Source: Chloroflexota bacterium (lineage in GTDB: Bacteria > Chloroflexota > Limnocylindria > P2-11E). Taken from it: a stretch of DNA of 64,000 nucleotides. Under the pieces are notes generated by a model. That model saw only the letters and a program-made list of their open reading frames with translations, had not been told where the DNA came from and did not search any database. Position numbers and translations under genes: made by a program. The first letter of the stretch is position 1. Each line of letters begins with the position of its first letter. Location: NCBI GenBank assembly GCA_005889075.1, contig VBDQ01000030.1, forward strand, positions 13,064-77,063, read 5' to 3'. Positions 46,704 through 55,488 of the stretch are shown piece after piece.

Positions 46704-47981
46704 CTGACTGAAGCCCCGGCTACGCGTCGCCTCGATAACGGGCTCGTCATGTACGCCCTCGAGGCACGGCACGCACCTGTCGTATCGCTCTGGGTGTGGT
46801 ACCACGTCGGCGGGCGCAATGAGGTCCCGGGCACGACGGGCATGTCCCACTTCCTCGAGCACATGCTGTTCAAGGGCACGCCCGGACACCCGAAGGGCGA
46901 CCTCGACCGGCTCCTCGCGCGGTACGGGGCGATGTGGAACGCCTTCACGAGCGAGGACGTCACTTGCTACTTCGAGACGGTGCCGCGCGAGCGGTTCCCG
47001 GTCGCGCTCGAGCTCGAGGCGGACCGCATGCGAAACGCGCTCATCTCGGTCGAGGAGACCGAAGCCGAGCGGACGGTGATCGTCAGCGAGCGCGAGGGTC
47101 TCGAGAACGATCCGTCGTTCCTGCTCGGCGAGCAGCTGCAGGCGGTCGCGTTCTCGCGGCACCCGTACGGTCAGGGGGTGATCGGCAGCAAAGAAGAGAT
47201 CAGGCTCATGACGCGCGACGGGCTGTACACCCACTACCGCAAGCACTACGCGCCGAACAACGCGTACGTCGTCGTCGCGGGCGACGCCGCGGCGAACGAG
47301 CTGCTCGATCAAGCCGCGAAGGCATTCGCGAGACTCGACGCGGAGGTGCCGGTCGAGCCGGCGAAGGCGCCCGAACCGCCGCAGTACGGGGAGAAGCGTG
47401 TCATCGTGCGCCGCGCGGGCGGTGCCCTGCCGATCATCCAGATCGCGTTCCACTCCCCGCGCGCGACCGATCCCCGCGCGCCCGCGCTTTCGGCACTCAG
47501 CGTCGCGCTCGCGGGCGCGACCGCCGGCGGCGGTGAGAGCGCATCGGGACGGTCGTCGCGCCTCTACCGCGCGCTCATCGACTCCGGACTCGCGACCGAC
47601 GTCGACGCGACCTACACGCTTCGCAAGGATCCGTACCTCTTCGTGGTCGAAGCGACGCTGGGCTCGGGGTCCACGCACCAGCAGGTCGAGCGCGTGATCC
47701 TCGACGAGCTCGCTCGTATCGCTGACCAGCCGCTCGAGGCCGACGAGTTCGCGCGCGTCCGCCGTCAGCTGCTCTCGGCCAGCGCTTTCATGACTGACAC
47801 CATCACCTGGCGGGCATACCGCTTGGGTGAGGTGCTCGCGACTGGCGCGGCGACCTCGCTTGCCGAGTGGTACGACCGGCTCGCAGCCGTCGCTGCTGAG
47901 GACATCCGCGCTGCCGCGGAGTCGATCTTCAAGGAGCGGAGCCGCGTCGTGGGCTGGTTCATCCCCGAAGAGCCTGCCTGA
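46704..47981 (+). CDS. M16 family zinc peptidase (active subunit, HxxEH)
   Basis: Contains SHFLEHMLFKGT. The conserved RRLDNGLV lies upstream of the first ATG (46749). The only in-frame candidate start is CTG 46704. Confidence 0.8.
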   Translation: MTEAPATRRLDNGLVMYALEARHAPVVSLWVWYHVGGRNEVPGTTGMSHFLEHMLFKGTPGHPKGDLDRLLARYGAMWNAFTSEDVTCYFETVPRERFPVALELEADRMRNALISVEETEAERTVIVSEREGLENDPSFLLGEQLQAVAFSRHPYGQGVIGSKEEIRLMTRDGLYTHYRKHYAPNNAYVVVAGDAAANELLDQAAKAFARLDAEVPVEPAKAPEPPQYGEKRVIVRRAGGALPIIQIAFHSPRATDPRAPALSALSVALAGATAGGGESASGRSSRLYRALIDSGLATDVDATYTLRKDPYLFVVEATLGSGSTHQQVERVILDELARIADQPLEADEFARVRRQLLSASAFMTDTITWRAYRLGEVLATGAATSLAEWYDRLAAVAAEDIRAAAESIFKERSRVVGWFIPEEPA

Positions 47982-49234
47982 TGGACATCGTCCGCAAGCG
48001 TCTCCCGAGCGGCCTGCGTGTCGTGGTCGCGCCGATCGCCGGCCTGCGCTCGGTAGCCGTACTTCTCGCGATCGAAGCCGGGCAATGGTTCGAGCCACGC
48101 GGGCGTCCGGGCATCGCTCGTCTGACGGCGCAGGCGATGCTGCGCGGCACGACCAAGCACGACTCCAGGAGCTGGGCCGACGCGCTCGACGGGATCGGCG
48201 CGGCGGCGCGACTCGACGTCGGCTCGCACGCTGCGACCTTCAGCGCGCAGTCGCTCGGCGCCGATTTGCCGACGCTGCTGGCGATCATGTCCGAGGCGGT
48301 CATCGGCCCTGCCTTCGTCGTCGACGAGGTTGAGCTCGTCCGCCAGCAGACGCTGGCGCAGATCGAGGAAGACGCGCGCAACACTCGCGCGGTCGCAGAG
48401 CGGGTGTGGCGCGAGCTCGTCTACCCGGTCGGGCACCCGTTCCGCGCTCGCGCGATCGGCGATCCGGAAGTCGTACGCGCCGTGACCGCCGAGGACCTGC
48501 GCTCCCAACACCACGAGGCGATACGACCGAAAGGGGCCGTCCTCGTCATCGCTGGCGGCGTCGAGTCGGCCGCTGCGGTCGATGCCGCCGGCCGCGCATT
48601 CTCCGGATGGGACGGCGCGGCAAGCGATGGGCGCGCGGTGCGCGAGGTCGCGCTCGCCGGAGCGGTCAGGCGTCTCGAGGTCGTCCCCGACAAGACCCAG
48701 AGCGACATCATCATCGGCTGGCCCGGTCTTCCACGGAACGATCCGCGTTTCGTCGCGGCGCGGGTGACCAACATGGTCTTCGCAGCGGACACCTTCGCGA
48801 GCCGCGCGGGTCACGTCGTCCGCGACGAGCTCGGTCTCGCCTACTACGTGTTCAGCACCATCGGAAGCTCGCGCGGCCAATCGCCGTGGACCGTCCGGAT
48901 GGGCGTCAACCCGACGAACGTCGAGCGCGCGATCAGCGTCGCTCTCGACGAGCTGCGCAAGATCCTCGACGGCAAGGTCGCGCCCGAGGACCTCGAGCTC
49001 GCGCAGGACAAGCTCGTCGGGGAGCTCGACGTGGCGCGCGAAAGCCCCGGTGGCGTCGCCTCGCTCGTCCTCGAAGGCGAGATCTTCGACCTCGGGCCCG
49101 ACCACCTCGAGCGCTACCCGAGCGAGCTGCGCGCGGTGACGCGCGACCAGGTCGTCGAGACCGCGCGCTCGTTCCTGCCGCCCGAGCGCTCGGCGGTCGC
49201 GATCGCGGGACCGCCGCTTCCCGGCGCCGCTTGA
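47981..49234 (+). CDS. M16 family peptidase, non-catalytic partner subunit
   Basis: It has the M16 fold pattern without HxxEH. TGATG is coupled. Confidence 0.8.
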   Translation: MDIVRKRLPSGLRVVVAPIAGLRSVAVLLAIEAGQWFEPRGRPGIARLTAQAMLRGTTKHDSRSWADALDGIGAAARLDVGSHAATFSAQSLGADLPTLLAIMSEAVIGPAFVVDEVELVRQQTLAQIEEDARNTRAVAERVWRELVYPVGHPFRARAIGDPEVVRAVTAEDLRSQHHEAIRPKGAVLVIAGGVESAAAVDAAGRAFSGWDGAASDGRAVREVALAGAVRRLEVVPDKTQSDIIIGWPGLPRNDPRFVAARVTNMVFAADTFASRAGHVVRDELGLAYYVFSTIGSSRGQSPWTVRMGVNPTNVERAISVALDELRKILDGKVAPEDLELAQDKLVGELDVARESPGGVASLVLEGEIFDLGPDHLERYPSELRAVTRDQVVETARSFLPPERSAVAIAGPPLPGAA

Positions 49235-49593
49235 GCTTTCCGCGCGCGACGCTTGCACTCTTGGACCGCGCCCGCGAAGTCGACATCGAGACCCGCTCGG
49301 CGAAAGGGGTGACGCACGGCGTGCCGATCTGGATCGTCGTCGACGGTGACGACGTCTTCGTCCGGACCTACCGCGGCAAGACGTCGCGCTGGTACCGCGA
49401 GCTCCTTGCCCGCCCCGGCGCGATCCTGGCCGATGGCAAGCGCGTACCCGTGCGAGCGGAGCGCGCCGTCGACGCCGATGCGTTGCGGCGCACTTCGGAC
49501 GGCTACCGGAAGAAGTACCCGAAGAGCGGCTCGCTCGACTCGATGCTGCGCCGCTCGGTCCTCGACACGACGCTGCGGCTCGAACCGGCCTAG
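49231..49593 (+). CDS. DUF2255-like small protein
   Basis: TTGA is coupled. Contains VDIETRSAKG...VPIWIVVDGDDVFVRTYRGKTSRWYREL. Confidence 0.55.
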   Translation: MSFPRATLALLDRAREVDIETRSAKGVTHGVPIWIVVDGDDVFVRTYRGKTSRWYRELLARPGAILADGKRVPVRAERAVDADALRRTSDGYRKKYPKSGSLDSMLRRSVLDTTLRLEPA

Positions 49594-49608
49594 GTTCGTC
49601 CTTTCGCC

Positions 49609-50442
49609 TTACTCCGGAAGGCGCACGCGATGGCCGAAGGTCTCGACGATGCGCTCATCCGCAAGCGCGGCGACGAGGTGGGGGACGCGAGGGTCGCCGA
49701 TAAGGCGACGCAGCTCCGCGACCGTGTGCGGTGTGATCGTCAGCGCACGGACGATCGCGCCGCGGATACGTCGATCGCTTGCGGCAAATGACGATTGCCG
49801 CGGCGGATGCGGCTCCGCGGCCCCGCGGTAGCGACAGACCGGCCGCAGGGGACACGCCGCGCACCGCGGCTCGCGCGAGCGACAGAAGATCGCGCCGACG
49901 TCCATCAGCGCGTGATGCCACTGGGCGGCTCGCCTTCGCGGCATGAGCCGCATGTCGATCGCCACCGCCTCGCGTTCGGTGGCCGCCCGACCCAAGATGG
50001 CGCGTCCGAGCACTCGCCGGACGTTCGTGTCGGCGAACGCGACGGCCACCCCGTGAGCGAAGCACGCGACGGCGCCCGCCGTATACGCACCCACTCCGGG
50101 AAGGGCGTCCAAGTCCTCGATCGCCTCGGGAAGGCTTTGCGGATGGAGCCCCGCGATCGCGTGAAGATCGCGAGCCCGACGGTTGTAGCCGAGTCCCGAC
50201 CACGCACGGAGCACGTCGCCGAGCGAGGCGCGCGCGAGCGCGCGCAGCGTCGGGAAGCGTCTTAGGAACCGCGCATACGCCTCGATGACCCGGCTGACCT
50301 GCGTTTGCTGGAGCATGACTTCTGACACGAGGACCGCGTACGGGTCACGGGTCCGGCGCCAGGGAAGGTCGCGCGCGGAGCGCCGGTACCAGGCGAAGAG
50401 CCGCCTCCGAATTGCGCTCCGGAAGGCCTCGGTGTCGTACAA
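49609..50442 (-). CDS. HhH-GPD base-excision glycosylase, MutY-like, without a NUDIX domain
   Basis: Contains LPWRRTRDPYAVLVSEVMLQQTQV...LPGVGAYTAGAV. CRSREPRCAACPLRPVC is the 4Fe-4S loop. Confidence 0.8.
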   Translation of the reverse strand: MYDTEAFRSAIRRRLFAWYRRSARDLPWRRTRDPYAVLVSEVMLQQTQVSRVIEAYARFLRRFPTLRALARASLGDVLRAWSGLGYNRRARDLHAIAGLHPQSLPEAIEDLDALPGVGAYTAGAVACFAHGVAVAFADTNVRRVLGRAILGRAATEREAVAIDMRLMPRRRAAQWHHALMDVGAIFCRSREPRCAACPLRPVCRYRGAAEPHPPRQSSFAASDRRIRGAIVRALTITPHTVAELRRLIGDPRVPHLVAALADERIVETFGHRVRLPE

Positions 50443-50553
50443 TGTCCCGCACAGAACAGTACGCCCGGCAAAGTGCTGAGGGCCCTCGGGCCTTCAGCGC
50501 TTTCTAGTTCTAGGGCGCGTGCGGCCAGAGGCCGCGCGAGAGCGGAGGCTCCG

Positions 50554-51024
50554 TTGAACAACCTGGAGAAGCCTGTCTACGTCTCCGCGGAAGGGCTCAA
50601 GAAGATCCAGAGCGAGCTCGAGACGCTCAAGACGAAGGAGCGCCAGCGGGTCGCAGAGCGCATCCATGCCGCCATGGAGTTCGGCGATTTCACCGAGAAC
50701 TCCGAGCTCGAGCAGGCCAAGAACGATCAGGCCTTCCTGGAAGGCCGCATCATGACGCTCGAGCAGATGGTCAAGAAGGCCGTGGTGATCGATGAGAGAA
50801 CCCACCACGACCAGGTCGAGATCGGAAGCCACGTGATGGTGGAAGCGGATGGACAGAAAGAGCAGTACGTCATCGTCGGTTCGGCGGAGGCGAGTCCATC
50901 GGATGGACGCATCTCCAACGAGTCACCGGTCGGCCGCGCGCTCATGGGGCACCGCGCAGGGGAGACGGTCCGGCTGGTCGTTCCGGCCGGCGCGGTGGAG
51001 ATGAAGATCCTCGCCGTCAGTTGA
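50554..51024 (+). CDS. greA: Transcription elongation factor GreA
   Basis: A GGAGG SD lies 5 nt upstream of TTG 50554. Contains GDFTENSELEQAK...ISNESPVGRALMG. Confidence 0.9.
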   Translation: MNNLEKPVYVSAEGLKKIQSELETLKTKERQRVAERIHAAMEFGDFTENSELEQAKNDQAFLEGRIMTLEQMVKKAVVIDERTHHDQVEIGSHVMVEADGQKEQYVIVGSAEASPSDGRISNESPVGRALMGHRAGETVRLVVPAGAVEMKILAVS

Positions 51025-52610
51025 CCTCAGGTCACGTCGCGGCCTTCTGGGCCGACGAGGAGGCACGTCTCCTCGATCCCGCAAGGCCGCACGTCGTGCG
51101 CGACTCGAAGACCCCATCGGGCGCGGTCCCGATCTCGGCGCTGCGCGGACCGGTGATCAGCGACGCCCTGACCCGCACGTTCCGCGCGCACGGCCTCGAC
51201 GTCCGTTTCGTCTACACGATCGACGACTACGACCCGATGGATTCGCAATCGATGCGCGAGAAGGCCGGGATGGCCGAGCACATGGGCAAGCCGCTCTGCA
51301 CGATTCCATCGCCCGATCCGAGCGTGGCGCCGGATTTCGCCGAGTACCACGCCGCCCGCTTCATCGCGCTCTTCGCCGGGCTCGGGATCACACCCGAGTT
51401 CTACCGGATGCGTGATCTGTATCGCTCGGGCGCGCTCGACAAGCAGATCGATCTTGTCCTCCGGAACGCCGAAGCGATCCGCGCGATCCACAAGCGGATC
51501 GCGAACGTCGATCACGAGGCGGGCTGGCTCCCCATCTCGGTCATCTGCGAGAACTGCGGACGCATCGGGACGACGCTGGCTACCGATTACGACGGAAATA
51601 CAGTCGCCTATGTCTGTCGGCTGGACTACGTCGAGTGGGCGCAAGGCTGCGGGCACGGCGGCCGGATCTCGCCGTTCAAAGGAAACTCCAAGCTCCTCTG
51701 GAACGAGCAGTGGTGCGCGCAGTGGGACCATTTCGGCGTCACGTACGAGGAGGGCGGCAAGGATCTTTTGACCGCGGGCGGCTCGCGCGACCGCTCGAAT
51801 GAGATCTACCGCGAGGTCTTCCGCAGAGAGCCGCCGCTCGGGCTGGCTCACGAGTTTTTCCTGTTCGGCGGCAAGAAGATGGCGACGTCCAAGGACATCG
51901 GCGCGAAGGCCACCGATCTGGTCGCGATCTACCCACCCGAGCTCACCCGGTTCCTGATGCTGCGGACGCATCCGAAGCGGCACATCGAGTTCGATCCGGC
52001 AGGGATGACGCTGCCGCGCCTCATGGACGAATACGACCGCTGCGCCGACGACTACCTTCGCGATCACATGACCGACTTCGCGAAGACGTGGCGGCTCTCG
52101 CAGGTATCGCCGGATCCATCGCCACCACCCGCGTATCGCGCGCGTTTTGGGACGGTCGCGAACTGGCTGCAGATCCCGAGCATCACGCCTGAAAAGGAGG
52201 CGGGCCGCGAAAAGGCTGCCGCGCTCGACGATCGGGAGCTCCGCGATCTCCACGTTCGCATCGAGCTCGCGAGGCAGTGGCTCGACCGTTGGGCACCGGA
52301 AGAGGCGAAATTCTCGGTCAGCCAGACCGTGCCCCAGATCGAATTCACCAAGGACCAGCGCCGGTATCTCGTCGAGATCAAAGAGCTGGTCGGCAAGGTC
52401 CGCGACCCCGAGGAGATGCAGAACCAGCTATACGAGTACGCGAAGAAAGCGGGTCTCGTGAACGAAGAAGGCAAGCCGAGAAGGGACGCGTTCGCCGCGA
52501 TCTATCTCGCGTTCATCGGCAAGCCGATCGGGCCGCGGGCCGGGATGCTGTTGACATCGCTCGAGCCGGAGTTCGTGCGTCGCCGGCTCGACGCGGTGGC
52601 CATCCCATGA
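51021..52610 (+). CDS. Class I lysyl-tRNA synthetase-like protein (HIGH signature not recognisable)
   Basis: Contains FWAD...TPSGAVPISALRG...IDDYDPMD...VICENCGR...SPFKGNSKLLW...KKMATSKD. It aligns by eye along its whole length to archaeal-type LysRS. Confidence 0.75.
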   Translation: MTSGHVAAFWADEEARLLDPARPHVVRDSKTPSGAVPISALRGPVISDALTRTFRAHGLDVRFVYTIDDYDPMDSQSMREKAGMAEHMGKPLCTIPSPDPSVAPDFAEYHAARFIALFAGLGITPEFYRMRDLYRSGALDKQIDLVLRNAEAIRAIHKRIANVDHEAGWLPISVICENCGRIGTTLATDYDGNTVAYVCRLDYVEWAQGCGHGGRISPFKGNSKLLWNEQWCAQWDHFGVTYEEGGKDLLTAGGSRDRSNEIYREVFRREPPLGLAHEFFLFGGKKMATSKDIGAKATDLVAIYPPELTRFLMLRTHPKRHIEFDPAGMTLPRLMDEYDRCADDYLRDHMTDFAKTWRLSQVSPDPSPPPAYRARFGTVANWLQIPSITPEKEAGREKAAALDDRELRDLHVRIELARQWLDRWAPEEAKFSVSQTVPQIEFTKDQRRYLVEIKELVGKVRDPEEMQNQLYEYAKKAGLVNEEGKPRRDAFAAIYLAFIGKPIGPRAGMLLTSLEPEFVRRRLDAVAIP

Positions 52611-54286
52611 ACGGGAAGCTGCCCGTCACGATCATCTGGCACATGCACCAGCCCTACTACAAGCATCCGCAAACGAGCGAGTTCGTCCTTCCCTGGGTAC
52701 GGCTCCACGCATCGAAGGATTACCTGCACATGGCGCGTCTGCTTCAGGAGTTCCCCAGGGTGAAGGTCAGCTTCACGATGGTGCCAAGCCTGCGCGACCA
52801 GCTCGAGGACTACGCCCGCGGCGCCGACGATGAGGACACTCGCCTCACGATGCTCACCGTCGAGGGCACGCTCAATGGCGAGGAGCGTGAGCACATGCTC
52901 CGCCGCTTCTTCTCGATCCATCACGGCAATGTGATCCACCGGTACGCCGAGTACCGGCGGCTCCTTCAGCTCGCGATGGCAACCGGCGACCGCCACGAGC
53001 TCCTGTCGGACGATTACTTCATCGACCTCGCGCTCTGGTTCAACCTGGCCTGGATCGATCCCGACGACATCCGTTCGGACCAGCGCCTGGTCGAGCTCGC
53101 CGAGAAGGGTCGGCGGTTCACTCGCGAGGACGTGCGCTACGTGATCGGCCGGCAGCGGTTCATGGCCTCAGGTGTGCCGCACCTCTATCACCGCCTCGAG
53201 CGCGACGGACAGGTCGAGATCCTCACCACGCCCTACTACCACCCGATCCTCCCGCTCCTCATTGACGACCGCTCGGCCCTGCGCGCCGATCCATCCGCGC
53301 AGCTTCCCGAGCAGCCGTTCCGCTATCCGGACGACGCTGCGTTCCAGCTCGAAGAAGCCGTCGCGTCGCACGAACGGGCCTTCGGTGTGAAGCCCAAAGG
53401 CGTGTGGCCGTCGGAGGGGGCGGTCTCTCCGGAGACGGCGGACGCGATCACCAAAGCAGGTCTTGCGTGGTTCGCCTCGGACGAGGGCGTGCTCGCGCGG
53501 TCGGTCGACGTCGAGCTGAAGCGCGACGAAGTCGGAGCGCTGCTCGAGCCGGGTCTGCTCTATCGGCCTTACCGGCTCGCGAATGGCGCCACCGCGATCT
53601 TCCGCGACCGCGAGCTAAGCGATCGCATCGGCTTCGTCTACGGCGACATGAAGCCGGAGGATGCCGTCGGCGACATGATCGCCAAGCTCGAACGCGCGCG
53701 GGAGCGCCTTCCGAACGAGGGCGGGCCTTACCTCGCCTCGATCATCCTCGACGGCGAGAACGCGTGGGAGCAGTACCCCAACAATGGCAATGACTTTCTG
53801 CGCACGCTGTACGGAAGGCTGCAGGCGGACGAACGATTCGAGACGGTCCGCGTCTCGGAGTTCCTCGAGCGGACACCCGCGACGGTCGAGCTGCCGCGGC
53901 TCCATACCGGATCGTGGATCGAGGCGAGCCTGCGGGTCTGGAGCGGCGAGCCCGCGCACGCACGGGCCTGGGGGGCTCTCGAGCGGACGCGTCGCTTCGC
54001 TCAGGAGCAGTGGGGCGCGCTGCGTCTCATGCCCAAGAGCGTCCGGCAGCCGCTCATGGTCGCGGAAGGGAGCGACTGGTTCTGGTGGTACTCGAGCCGC
54101 AATTCGTCGCCGGAGGACGCGGTCTTCGACGAGCTCTTCCGGGCGAATCTCGAAGTTGTCTGGTGGTACGCCGGCGCGGAGCCGCCCGACGACATACGCT
54201 CGCCGCTCATGGATCCCGCGCGAATCGCCCCCGCTCCGCAGCGGTCAGGCGCGATGCTTCCCGGCGGTGGCGACCGGTATGGCTAG
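52607..54286 (+). CDS. Glycoside hydrolase family 57 protein
   Basis: Contains WHMHQPYY...WVRLHASKDY...PYYHPILPLL...DGENAWE. Confidence 0.85.
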   Translation: MNGKLPVTIIWHMHQPYYKHPQTSEFVLPWVRLHASKDYLHMARLLQEFPRVKVSFTMVPSLRDQLEDYARGADDEDTRLTMLTVEGTLNGEEREHMLRRFFSIHHGNVIHRYAEYRRLLQLAMATGDRHELLSDDYFIDLALWFNLAWIDPDDIRSDQRLVELAEKGRRFTREDVRYVIGRQRFMASGVPHLYHRLERDGQVEILTTPYYHPILPLLIDDRSALRADPSAQLPEQPFRYPDDAAFQLEEAVASHERAFGVKPKGVWPSEGAVSPETADAITKAGLAWFASDEGVLARSVDVELKRDEVGALLEPGLLYRPYRLANGATAIFRDRELSDRIGFVYGDMKPEDAVGDMIAKLERARERLPNEGGPYLASIILDGENAWEQYPNNGNDFLRTLYGRLQADERFETVRVSEFLERTPATVELPRLHTGSWIEASLRVWSGEPAHARAWGALERTRRFAQEQWGALRLMPKSVRQPLMVAEGSDWFWWYSSRNSSPEDAVFDELFRANLEVVWWYAGAEPPDDIRSPLMDPARIAPAPQRSGAMLPGGGDRYG

Positions 54287-55016
54287 CGCGGGGCGGATCG
54301 TTCCGGGCGGCCTCGGGTATCTGCGGCCGCCGGGCACGATCGAGCTCGCCGCGTACGGCGTCGACCTTCGCGGCAAGCGCGTCGCCGATATCGGTGCCGG
54401 CGAGGGCCGGCTTGCGCTCGGCGCGGCTGCGCAAGCGGCGACGGTCCTCGCGGTCGACCCCGACCGTTCCGCGCTCGCGCGCGGCCGCGCCGAGGCGAAG
54501 CGTCTGAGGCTCCGCAACGTCACGTTCCGCGAAGGCGCCGCGCAGCGTCTGCGCATCGAGGATCGGTCGTTCGAGGTGGTGATCTTTTCGTGGACGCTCT
54601 GATGAGTGGTCCACAAGGGCATGGTCGATGCCCTCGAGGAAGCGCGCAGAGTTCTCGTCGATCGAGGGGTGCTCGTCGACGCGCGGCCTGACTCGCGCGT
54701 GACCGCGCGCGTGCGGAAGGGATCGGCGCGCGGTGCGATCATCGGGACGATCGGAAGCCAGCGTCCCACGGTCACGGACGACCGGATGTCCGACCGCGCG
54801 GTCGCGGACGTGCTGGGCCGGGGCCTCTTCCGGTCACGCCGGCGCGGTCGGCTCTGGCATGCGATCCCCTTCGAGGACCGGCGCGAGCTGCAGGACTATC
54901 TGGACGACCATCTGCGCTTTTCGCGTCGCGTTCGCTGGCGCGTGCCGCGCTCGCGGCGCGGCGGCCCGCTTTTCGTCGAGCGCGCGGTCCGTTTCGAGGT
55001 GCTCGAGCGGCGATAG
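54279..55016 (+). pseudogene. Class I SAM-dependent methyltransferase interrupted by tandem in-frame stops
   Basis: VADIGAGEGRLAL is motif I. FEVVIFSWTL is followed by TGA TGA (54600-54605), then GTG and VHKGMVDALEEARRVLVDRGVL in the same frame. Confidence 0.7.
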
Positions 55017-55488
55017 CGGTCCGGCGTCGATATTCGCTCTTGATGAATGGCGGCGCGTAGGGCAGATACAGCCGCTGACGCTCAGGCTCCAGGGCGAAGA
55101 AGCTCGAAACGAGCTCGCCCGTGCAGCCCCGGCTTCCGCAAAGGCACTCCGCTCGCGCCCCATCGAAGGCGTTGAGCCGGTAGTCGATGGTGATCTCTTG
55201 GCCTTTCCGGATCGATCGCCAGGCGAAGACCTTCACGCCGCTTCGCATGGCGTTTGGATCGCAGGCATGGTTGAGATAGCGGCCCGGCCCGAGTAGCACC
55301 GCGCTCCGCCCGAAATCGATCTCGCAGAGATGCTCGCGTTCGTCCGCGGAGAGCGATGCGATCGAGGCATTCGGCACGATGCGCCCGTGGCGCCGGCGGA
55401 AGATGAATTCACCTCGGCGGAACGAACGCAACGCGAATACGCCCAGGCCTTTCGCGCCCGCATCGCGAACTTCGATGTCGACGATCAT
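54772..55488 (-). CDS. SET-domain protein (putative lysine methyltransferase)
   Basis: Contains GLGVFA...YLNHACDPN...ITIDY...CLCGSRGC. About 85 C-terminal residues are Arg-rich and antisense to the methyltransferase gene, so the real end is doubtful. Confidence 0.7.
   Translation of the reverse strand: MIVDIEVRDAGAKGLGVFALRSFRRGEFIFRRRHGRIVPNASIASLSADEREHLCEIDFGRSAVLLGPGRYLNHACDPNAMRSGVKVFAWRSIRKGQEITIDYRLNAFDGARAECLCGSRGCTGELVSSFFALEPERQRLYLPYAPPFIKSEYRRRTAIAARAPRNGPRARRKAGRRAASAARASERDAKSADGRPDSPAARAGPRRGSHARADRAGVTGRGPGPARPRPRGRTSGRP

Noticed and set aside
54600-54605. TGA TGA as recoded codons (selenocysteine or a code 4/25 style reassignment)
   Set aside because: TGA terminates many genes here in conserved ATGA/GTGA coupling junctions. 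The genome is high-GC, unlike known TGA-reassigned lineages. I can recognise no SECIS-like context by eye.
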